From positions 279,186,001 to 279,250,000 of the forward strand of contig OZ024743.1 of assembly GCA_964016885.1 (NCBI GenBank): a DNA stretch of 64,000 nt, written 5' to 3'. How positions within the stretch are numbered: the stretch's first letter is position 1; each line of letters starts with the position of its first letter. This DNA is from Eledone cirrhosa. Lineage: Eukaryota. The notes below the pieces were generated by a model. It searched no databases and was not told where the DNA came from. It worked only from the letters and a program-made list of their open reading frames with translations. The position numbers and the translations under genes were made by a program. Of this stretch, positions 27,973 through 39,500 are shown in pieces.

Positions 27973-28158
27973 TGGATTGGCAGTATCGCTAGAGAGTCAG
28001 ACGCCATGCTTTGACGCATAGAGTTACGGCCCTTGCCATTTTTAGTTCAAATCCCGCCGAGGTTAACTTTGCCTTTCATCCTTACGGAGTCGATAAAATA
28101 AAGTACCAGTAATGCACTGGGTAATTGCTGGCCTTGTGCCTAAAGTAGAAACAATTAT
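27973..28158 (+). mobile_element. ~185-bp tRNA-type SINE
   Basis: Inverted homolog of 27567-27751. Confidence 0.85.
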
Positions 28159-28409
28159 CATTATCATCACTATCACCCCACTCCTCACCCCTCCTCCTTA
28201 TCATCTCCATCATCATTACCATCATCATCATCCTCAACATCTTCGTCCTCATCATCGTCATCTTCATCATCATTATCATTCTCTTCATCGTGGGCGTCGT
28301 CGTCGGCGGCGGCGGTGTGCTCATCGTAATTATCATCAACATCCTCCACCACCTCACCCTTCTCAACCTTCTTCTCCTCTTCTTCCACATCCTGATCTCC
28401 ATCATCATC

Positions 28410-28630
28410 ATCACCACCACCACCGTCATCACCGTCACCACCACCACCACCACCGTCATCACCACCACCACCACCACCGTCATCATCACCACCACCACCA
28501 CCACCACCACCACCACCGTCATCATCACCACCACCACCACCACCACCGTCACCACCACCACCAACACCACCACCACCACCACCACCACCACCACCGTCAT
28601 CACCACCACCACCACCACCACCACCGTCAT
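28410..28630. repeat. (ACC)n/(CAT)n microsatellite
   Basis: Directly visible; source of the poly-H, poly-T and poly-V ORFs. Confidence 0.95.
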
Positions 28631-29157
28631 CATGCTTTCCAGCATAGTTACGTCCCTTTACGGTCTGAGTTCAAATCCCGCCGAGGTTCACTTTGCCTTT
28701 CATCCTTACGGGGTCGATAAAATAAAGTACCAGTAATGTACTGGATATTTGCTGGCCTTGTGCCTAAAGTAGAAACAATTATTAATTGGCAGTATCGGTA
28801 GAGGGTTGGACGCCATGTTTTCTAGCATAGTTACGTCCCTTTACAGTCTGAGTTCAAATCCCGCCGAGGTTAACTTTGCTTATCATCCTTACGGGGTCGA
28901 TAAAATAAAGTACCAGTAATGTACTATGTATTTGCTGGCCTTGTGCCAAACGTAGAAACAATTATTATAACTATGGATTGGCAGTATCGGTGGAGCGTCA
29001 GACACCTTGCTTTGCAGCATAGAGTTATGCCCCTTTAGGTTCTGAGTTCAAATCCGAGGTTAACTTTGCCTTCATCCTTAAGGCGTGGATAAAATAAAGT
29101 ACCAGTAATACATTGGGGTGGTTGCTGACCTTGTGCCAAAAGTAGAAACAATTATCA
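28631..29157 (+). mobile_element. Three tandem SINE copies (28631-28783 partial, 28784-28968, 28974-29157)
   Basis: Repeated ...ctgagttcaaatcc...gaggttaactttgc...gataaaataaagtaccagtaat...gtagaaacaatt. Confidence 0.85.
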
Positions 29158-30570
29158 TAACTATCAGCAAAATCCATCATTTTCATCAACACCATCAGCT
29201 AACAATGGAAAACCATCATCACCACTACCAACACCATAGTGTCATCATCATCATCATCATCATCATCAACATCATCACCATCATCATATCATCTTATAAT
29301 CATCACCATCAACATCACCATCATCATATCATGGTATCATCATCATCATCATAAATACCATGAACATCATCGAACAAACGAAGAACAACAACAATCTAAC
29401 CCCTCTCTTCTTCCTTTCCTCCCTGGTCCACCATCCGCCATTTTCCTTCATCTCCCTCTTTCTCTAGTACCCATCTCCCCAATATTTCCTTCTCTTTACA
29501 TACCCTCACTTCTTCTCTTAATCCCCCCCCCTCGTGCTCACCGCATGTAGTCTTTCCCTCCTATTATACTAACGTTGAATCCCCTCCACAACTACGCGGG
29601 CAACACTACCACTTCCTCCCTTCAACTTCTACCTCCTACCAGTCTCTTTCCTCCTACTATCTCCTCTATCTCTTATTCATTCTCTTCATCTTCTAACACA
29701 TAAAACCTACCCTCCCCCACCAACAGTCTTACCCCACCCAGGTCTATATATTCCAACCACAATTCACCCTTCTATCCTCAACTGTTCCTCTCCTTTCCTT
29801 CATTATTGCTATACCTCCGTATCGATACAACCCCCCTTACCTTCTAAGCTTCCTTCTACACATCTACAATCTTCCATCCACACAGCTCTCTCCACTTCAT
29901 CCTCCTACTCTCCTCTCCTATTCCTCCTCCTACACCTTTCTCTTCTTCATAATACTATCCTCCTCTCCTTTTCTTCCTCCTACCCTCCTCCTACGTCCTC
30001 CTACTTCGCCCTCATACCTCTCACCGTTGACATTCCTCCTACATCTATGCCACCACTCCTTCCTCCCCTTCTGTCTACATATCCTATACCTCCCGGCCTC
30101 TCTTCTTCAACCCCCTCTTCATGTCCTTCTTTTCCTCCTACACCTTCACCCCCCTCATTCACACAGTACCACTCGTCTCCTTTCTATATCCCCATCAACA
30201 ATCCTCTCTCCTTCTCTGTATATCTTACTACCACCACCAACACCACCTTCTCTAATTCCCTCTCTCTCTCCGTTCATCATATATTTACCACACTCGTCTC
30301 TCCCTCTCTCTCCCCCTCACTCTCTATCTTTCTAGGTACACACACACACACACACACACACACCTATATATATATATATCCCATCTATACACTACATCAC
30401 CATATATCCTCCCCCTCCATCTATATTGCCACCTATATCCACACGATCACCATTCTCTAAACTATATCTCATATCACAACCACCTCTATCGCTTACCTCC
30501 TCATTCTTTGTCCACTCTCATCCCATTCCTCCTCCATCTTTCTCCTTCTCATCGTCGCCATTTCTTTCTC

Positions 30571-30634
<64 letters not shown>

Positions 30635-31149
30635 ATATCCACCACCACACCTTCTTCCCCCTTCAATCTATATCCCCCACCATCAACATCTTAACTCCTT
30701 CCACTGCCTCTCTCACCTATCCATCTATCTCTCTATCCTATACCATCCCATGCCCCCCAGTGACACGATTACACTAGAATTAATCCAACGTCACTGATTC
30801 TTGGCCAACATGAAACGAAATTCCATTGATGTCTGCCACATCCTTTGCAATGAGACTTGCTTTCTCATTATCAAAGGAAAGGCCAAAGTCGCAGCTATTA
30901 CACATCACAGACCAATCTGGCAATATATGCGTATCTGTATGCACATTTGTTTATGTATGCGTGTATATGTGAACGTGTTTGTGTTTGACTGTGTGCGTGT
31001 GTGTATAAGTATGTGTGGATATATGTGTTGATATTTGTGTTCAAATATCTCTATGAACAGAATATATTGATGAATATATATATATATATGGTGTATCTAC
31101 CCCCCCTTCTCTCTTCTCTTTCGATCGTACACATGCACGCATTTATATG

Positions 31150-31860
31150 TTAACTGCCACTTCTTTACAGAAGACGGCCATCTCCTCAACGAAGCCCCTG
31201 CTGTCATGAACCACCACCAACTGCAGGCTGCTGACCAGTTTGGTGATTGAACAGGCTTTGTTTTGCTCACCATTTCTGGACCCTACTCACGTGGAGTGGG
31301 TGAGGAGGGCGTCCCAAAAACTGACTGCTCAGACGCCCAGGACTCAGTGGAAGCATGTTGTTGTTCAGATAAACATTGCAGCAACGTTAGGATAAGACAC
31401 GAGCCTCTCACGTGTAGATTTGTGACTATGTGCTTCTAACTGTTCGAGACTACAGGTATTGCCGCTCCTCCACCACTCTGGTTCTTGTGAAAGAAATATC
31501 TGCCTATAAGGATGGCATTCCAACGTGCTTGTGCTAAACACATAATACACTCCTTTCTCCGCAGTTATGTGTTCAGAGACAAGCCAAGGCAAGATTAGAG
31601 TACAGTTACGAGAATCACGTGTTATATTCATGGAGTTTAACTTCTCCAATGTTGTAGCCGTACATATCAGGCTTGGCCAATTACAGGTTGGTGAGGCTAT
31701 TTAACTCATAGTTGAGGTGGGTGGGCGTTGACTCCCTGCAGTTCATCCGCCCTTTGGCAGATCATGGTCTAATAGAGGAGCCGATGTAGCCGCCGTTCAC
31801 TCGACCATGAAACAAGTTGTAATGGATTACATGGTAGCAGTAGCAGGCAGAGACACGAGC
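31150..31860 (+). pseudogene. Degraded LINE 5' region / APE endonuclease (CR1/Jockey-like)
   Basis: Higher-GC island with a broken GDFN-like motif (~31632) and ADH (~31758); weak support. Confidence 0.35.
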
Positions 31861-32057
31861 TGACAATATATGTCTAAACATATATATATATATATATATA
31901 TATACCTCCGTATCGATACAACCCCCCTTACCTTCTAAGCTTCCTTCTACACATCTACAATCTCCCATCCACACAGCTCTCTCCACTTCATCCTCCTACT
32001 CTCCTATATATATATACATACACACACACACACACAGACACACTCACACACACACAC

Positions 32058-32130
<73 letters not shown>

Positions 32131-32692
32131 AGTGGTTGTGCCGAGGGCATGTGTGCATTCATGGAGAAGATACATAGATAGATAGATATAATGAAAACTA
32201 TCGGTATATAAAAAATATATAACGACTTGCTGACATTACAACCCCTCGATATAAAGGCACTAATATTTCCGAATAGAAGAAACCCATAATATATTAATGG
32301 TACACCATTTAAACATCTTATAAAAGAACAAAACATATAGAACATGAACATATATCAGTTAGAACAATGAAATCTTACTTATTTTATATTAGTAATATAC
32401 AGTTTTAATATATGCACAGACAACCGCAGTTTCTGGCTCCGAAGAACGTAATAATCACCAGAATTAAATGGATCATTAACACAGTAATATGAGAATTTTC
32501 GTCAATGGGTTAATCTTAATTAATTAATTAATTTTAATTAATTTACTAAATATACAAGACATCACCTTTCCTTGATAAAGTCTGAAACAGAAGCCTAACA
32601 CATACTGCTTAATGTGAATATAGGTGAATATAGCTAAATATAGCTCTATACTTGCCAAGAAACACACAATCTATGTATTTGAACATGGAAGA

Positions 32693-32742
<50 letters not shown>

Positions 32743-33843
32743 TTATTTAAGTTTGGTTGTTTGCCACTGGGTAGAACTGGCCATTTCACATTGTTAATCA
32801 TAGTGTACAGACGGAAAGCACTCGACGTTTTTTAACTCATTCATCTTTGATGTTGAATCATCTTGGTGGTGTGGGAATGGAGTTAAATATTATAGAGTAA
32901 TATGGCAAGAGCCCGGATAGATTAAAATCCTTCAAATGTTTATTTCTGCAACGACTATGTACATTTCAGTGGCCAGGTTACGTAGCAACCTAGTGACATC
33001 ATCAGGTGTTTATTGCATAATAGTTATGTACAAAAGGAATGATGGTAAACATATTCCAGAATGCTTTACGGAGTAAAAGCAGGGAAGAAAAAAAAACTGA
33101 GAAGAAATAAAATTATATTTATAATAAAATGTAGTTGCGTGAAGCATTGTATTTGATATATAATGTGGCAAGTGATATATGTAATATATCTAATGAGGCT
33201 AAACAATGCAAAATAGACGGTCAGATGAAGGCATTGGAAAAGTTAGTTACCTGGTAATCTTTATTTCCTTTTAGGGGGGGGGGGTTATTTCCTCCTCATA
33301 TTTCGAGACATAAAATTCGGCGTGTATAGTACCCTGGAAAATTGTCTTCAATAATTTGTGTTGAGAAATGCCTTATTAGATTAAATTGTTCAGCAAACAC
33401 CGGCTTCATATAGAGGGGGAAAGGTTTATAAATTAAGTTCCACTAAGGGCATATATTTAAATTATGAATTTGACTCATAGTTTGATAAATTTATTTTATA
33501 TTGCAAAAATGCAAAAGAATTGAAATAAATTTATTTTTCTATTTTAAATATTGAATTAAAATATTTTGTGAACTGTTTTCTTTTCCTTCAAATATATTTA
33601 GAATTTCTTGACATAGTAATATACGTATAACCCTGTCTCTGTGTGCGCTGTCCCATTCACTCATAATAAATTATACACATCCTACATTTCCACACATTTT
33701 CATCTACACACACTCACACACTCACACACATAGACACGCACAAACACACACATACACACACACACTCTACCCCAACATACATTAGTAACAATGCTATAGA
33801 GAGTTGATACACACAACGTTATGTGTACGAATATATATATATG

Positions 33844-34035
33844 GGAAAATGTTTGACTCCGACGGCAGAGTTCAAGCCGTTTCGACGGCTATTTCTGGGC
33901 TCCGGATAGCCGTCGAAACGGCTTGAGCTCTGCCGTCGGGGTCAAACATTTTCCTAATACCCACTCTACTACTCTAAGTATTGAATATTCTGGTGCGTTA
34001 TGGCCCATCTGGTTACTTATCACACCTCCTTCGTT
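33844..34035. mobile_element. Foldback insertion in (TA)n made of two divergent hammerhead 3' halves
   Basis: 33844-33892 is the reverse complement of 33906-33954; each arm reads GAAACGGC-loop-GCCGTC (stem III with GUC). Confidence 0.7.
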
Positions 34036-34043
34036 ATATATAT

Positions 34044-34044
<1 letters not shown>

Positions 34045-34074
<30 letters not shown>

Positions 34075-35114
34075 TAGTAATAATAATAAAATTGAAGACT
34101 AAAATCCAAAGAGGGCTCGATAAGGAAAATATATATCAAATATATAAGAACCGAAGAGCAAATATTTATTAAAATAACAGATTAAAGTTTAAGCAAAGAA
34201 TCGCTGCTTTCACCCTTAACGGGATCTTCTGAAACTAACAAAGTCAATCTGTAAACGCAGTACTGGATATTTCAAAAAACGTTGCAACCGGAGGAAGACA
34301 GGAAGACGATACTTTGGTTCATGGTGACGTTCGCTGGCAAAGAACGGGAAAAAACGAATAATACGTCATTAATAGGAGCGGTGAAAAACAATTACGCGCA
34401 AAGACAGAACCACGTTTATGGTATAAAAGAGGTCGTAGACTAATGTTCTCTAAGTGGTGCATAGATACCTTCTCTGGCAATGAACGAAAAAACGAAGATA
34501 ATAAGTCATATGTGGAGCGTGGAGAACAATAGCACGCAAAGACAAAACCACGTAAATGGTATAGCAGAAGTTGTAGACTAAAATTCTAACTAGGAGACCG
34601 AATGAATCTCCGCTACAGAGTTAAGAACAAAGTAAATAAATACAATACTGAAGTAATAGAAACAAATAAATACATACGCGCAAACAGATACGTACATACA
34701 CAAGCATACGCAAAACCTTACCATAGGTATACAAAACCACGCACATATAAATATGTGTATGTGTGTATGCGTGTGTACAAATAAATAAATAATTATATAA
34801 ACGTATATAAGTAAATAAATACGTATATAACAAGCGCACACACATACCTACAAATAAATACACGAAGGTTCGGAGACGTAAGTCAACTAAAACAAGAAGT
34901 ACACATATACACACACCCACCATACGTACGAACCTGCATACTCACGCAGACGCAAAACTCCCATATACACATAACCAAACCCTAAATACCAGAATATGTA
35001 AAAATTATACGCCGTAACAGTCAAATATACGTACGAGAAGGTACGTTAGTTTCAGAAGATCCCGTTAAGGGTGAAAGCAGTGATTCTTTGCTTAAACTTT
35101 AATCTGTTATTTTA

Positions 35115-35120
<6 letters not shown>
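34045..35120. mobile_element. Non-coding PLE-like element with inverted hammerhead-variant ends, in (TA)n
   Basis: 34161-34239 is the reverse complement of 35045-35122; AGTTT-CAGAAGA-TCCC-gttaa-GGGT-GAAAGCA..TGCTT-AAACT; internal ~140-bp-spaced direct repeat; relatives at 36055-36225 and 61950-62082. Confidence 0.7.
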
Positions 35121-35184
<64 letters not shown>

Positions 35185-35186
<2 letters not shown>

Positions 35187-35482
35187 CGTTTCTGAATTTG
35201 TTTAGCAAGATTCTTTATCTGAAATCGTGTGTTGAAACCGATATTGTTATACTTTGGGAGGGTCATGTTGCCAATAAGAAACACATGCACCAGTTGCTTT
35301 CACTTCAGAGTGTGTGATGAAAGAACTCTGACTATATATATACAACTATCTGGTTGTGGAACCAACTAGGCAACCAGAAATTTATAAATTTATAAATTTA
35401 TAAATATATAATAAATTGAAGTGAAACAACTGGTGCGTGTGTTTCTTATTGGCAACATGACCCTCCCAAAGTATAACAATAT
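35185..35482. repeat. Foldback insertion between (TA)n tracts
   Basis: 35240-35307 is the reverse complement of 35417-35482. Confidence 0.7.
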
Positions 35483-35802
35483 ATATATATATGTATGAAT
35501 GAAGTAATTCCGTCGGAAAAGTCCAGGAAAAAAGAGTTCGCTATTTAGGTAACAGAGCTTAATAATTATGTAATAATCAACATAAGGCAATTATTTCATA
35601 TACCAGTGGTTTCTTAAAAGCAAAAGAAATTTGCTTTCAATCATCAGAATGAAAAAATACTGGCGTATTTATTGACGTTGGATTTTAAAAACAAAAATGA
35701 AATCTATATGAAATTCAGGCTGGAAAAGGAAGAAGGAAAGGAAAAATAAAATAAAAACGCACATGCAAACACACACACACACACACACACAATTATATAC
35801 AT

Positions 35803-35869
<67 letters not shown>

Positions 35870-36236
35870 CACACATACATACGCACACAGATATACACAC
35901 ACATACACATATATATGTGTATATATATACATACACATATATATACACATACATACATACATACATACATACATACATACATACATACATACATACACAT
36001 AAATATCAACATATCCATACATACACATACATAGCCATACATACATACATATACTTAACGGGATCTTCTAAAACCGAAAAAAGCAATCTGTGAACGCAGA
36101 AGTAAATATTTCGAAAAATGTTGCAACCGAAGGAAGACAGGAAGACGGTTCTTATATATTTGATATATATTTATCCTTATCGAGCCCGCTTTGGATGTTA
36201 GTCTTCAAATTTAATATTATTACTATATATATATAA

Positions 36237-36535
36237 ATATATGAATATAGACATAGAATATTCGAAAATATTCTGTATGTTTATAATAAACATTTTGAAG
36301 ACCTAATCGCTATAGAATAGAATACGTCACGTATTACAATTAGATTCTCGATAAAAGCAAGGGAAGTAATCTACGCGTTTCATTCTTGTTAGAATTCATC
36401 AGGACTACATATCCAGTGCTTTTATCGAGAATGACACAGCTAGAGACTTATAGAATACTTAGCTGTGTACAGGAACTGGTTTGAAAGAGCGGTTGCCGGT
36501 CCGGCAGAAATTAGAAATTGGAATAAATGCTCTGA
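36237..36535 (-). repeat. Inverted ~1-unit arm of the 310-bp retrozyme array
   Basis: Exact reverse complement of the array unit; complete hammerhead at 36366-36408 (-). Confidence 0.95.
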
Positions 36536-39500
36536 TGAATTCTAACAAGAATGAAACGCGTAGATTACTTCCCTTGCTTTTATCGAGAATCTAATTGTAA
36601 TACGTGACGTATTCTATTCTATAGCGATTAGGTCTTCAAAATGTTTATTATAAACATACAGAATATTTTCGAATATTCTATGTCTATATTCATATATATA
36701 TCGCTATTTCAGAGCATTTATTCCAATTTCTAATTTCTGCCGGACCGGCAACCGCTCTTTCAAACCAGTTCCTGTACACAGCTAAGTATTCTATAAGTCT
36801 CTAGCTGTGTCATTCTCGATAAAAGCACTGGATATGTAGTCCTGATGAATTCTAACAAGAATGAAACGCGTAGATTACTTCCCTTGCTTTTATCGAGAAT
36901 CTAATTGTAATACGTGACGTATTCTATTCTATAGCGATTAGGTCTTCAAAATGTTTATTATAAACATACAGAATATTTTCGAATATTCTATGTCTATATT
37001 CATATATATATCGCTATTTCAGAGCATTTATTCCAATTTCTAATTTCTGCCGGACCGGCAACCGCTCTTTCAAACCAGTTCCTGTACACAGCTAAGTATT
37101 CTATAAGTCTCTAGCTGTGTCATTCTCGATAAAAGCACTGGATATGTAGTCCTGATGAATTCTAACAAGAATGAAACGCGTAGATTACTTCCCTTGCTTT
37201 TATCGAGAATCTAATTGTAATACGTGACGTATTCTATTCTATAGCGATTAGGTCTTCAAAATGTTTATTATAAACATACAGAATATTTTCGAATATTCTA
37301 TGTCTATATTCATATATATATCGCTATTTCAGAGCATTTATTCCAATTTCTAATTTCTGCCGGACCGGCAACCGCTCTTTCAAACCAGTTCCTGTACACA
37401 GCTAAGTATTCTATAAGTCTCTAGCTGTGTCATTCTCGATAAAAGCACTGGATATGTAGTCCTGATGAATTCTAACAAGAATGAAACGCGTAGATTACTT
37501 CCCTTGCTTTTATCGAGAATCTAATTGTAATACGTGACGTATTCTATTCTATAGCGATTAGGTCTTCAAAATGTTTATTATAAACATACAGAATATTTTC
37601 GAATATTCTATGTCTATATTCATATATATATCGCTATTTCAGAGCATTTATTCCAATTTCTAATTTCTGCCGGACCGGCAACCGCTCTTTCAAACCAGTT
37701 CCTGTACACAGCTAAGTATTCTATAAGTCTCTAGCTGTGTCATTCTCGATAAAAGCACTGGATATGTAGTCCTGATGAATTCTAACAAGAATGAAACGCG
37801 TAGATTACTTCCCTTGCTTTTATCGAGAATCTAATTGTAATACGTGACGTATTCTATTCTATAGCGATTAGGTCTTCAAAATGTTTATTATAAACATACA
37901 GAATATTTTCGAATATTCTATGTCTATATTCATATATATATCGCTATTTCAGAGCATTTATTCCAATTTCTAATTTCTGCCGGACCGGCAACCGCTCTTT
38001 CAAACCAGTTCCTGTACACAGCTAAGTATTCTATAAGTCTCTAGCTGTGTCATTCTCGATAAAAGCACTGGATATGTAGTCCTGATGAATTCTAACAAGA
38101 ATGAAACGCGTAGATTACTTCCCTTGCTTTTATCGAGAATCTAATTGTAATACGTGACGTATTCTATTCTATAGCGATTAGGTCTTCAAAATGTTTATTA
38201 TAAACATACAGAATATTTTCGAATATTCTATGTCTATATTCATATATATATCGCTATTTCAGAGCATTTATTCCAATTTCTAATTTCTGCCGGACCGGCA
38301 ACCGCTCTTTCAAACCAGTTCCTGTACACAGCTAAGTATTCTATAAGTCTCTAGCTGTGTCATTCTCGATAAAAGCACTGGATATGTAGTCCTGATGAAT
38401 TCTAACAAGAATGAAACGCGTAGATTACTTCCCTTGCTTTTATCGAGAATCTAATTGTAATACGTGACGTATTCTATTCTATAGCGATTAGGTCTTCAAA
38501 ATGTTTATTATAAACATACAGAATATTTTCGAATATTCTATGTCTATATTCATATATATATCGCTATTTCAGAGCATTTATTCCAATTTCTAATTTCTGC
38601 CGGACCGGCAACCGCTCTTTCAAACCAGTTCCTGTACACAGCTAAGTATTCTATAAGTCTCTAGCTGTGTCATTCTCGATAAAAGCACTGGATATGTAGT
38701 CCTGATGAATTCTAACAAGAATGAAACGCGTAGATTACTTCCCTTGCTTTTATCGAGAATCTAATTGTAATACGTGACGTATTCTATTCTATAGCGATTA
38801 GGTCTTCAAAATGTTTATTATAAACATACAGAATATTTTCGAATATTCTATGTCTATATTCATATATATATCGCTATTTCAGAGCATTTATTCCAATTTC
38901 TAATTTCTGCCGGACCGGCAACCGCTCTTTCAAACCAGTTCCTGTACACAGCTAAGTATTCTATAAGTCTCTAGCTGTGTCATTCTCGATAAAAGCACTG
39001 GATATGTAGTCCTGATGAATTCTAACAAGAATGAAACGCGTAGATTACTTCCCTTGCTTTTATCGAGAATCTAATTGTAATACGTGACGTATTCTATTCC
39101 ATAGCGATTAGGTCTTCAAAATGTTTATTATAAACATACAGAATATTTTCGAATATTCTATGTCTATATTCATATATATATCGCTATTTCAGAGCATTTA
39201 TTCCAATTTCTAATTTCTGCCGGACCGGCAACCGCTCTTTCAAACCAGTTCCTGTACACAGCTAAGTATTCTATAAGTCTCTAGCTGTGTCATTCTCGAT
39301 AAAAGCACTGGATATGTAGTCCTGATGAATTCTAACAAGAATGAAACGCGTAGATTACTTCCCTTGCTTTTATCGAGAATCTAATTGTAATACGTGACGT
39401 ATTCTATTCTATAGCGATTAGGTCTTCAAAATGTTTATTATAAACATACAGAATATTTTCGAATATTCTATGTCTATATTCATATATATATCGCTATTTC

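Noticed and set aside
29390-30340. C/T-rich strand-biased tract as a Pro/Ser-rich gene or telomeric repeat
   Set aside because: Low-complexity decayed microsatellite with no continuous ORF and no TTAGGG units
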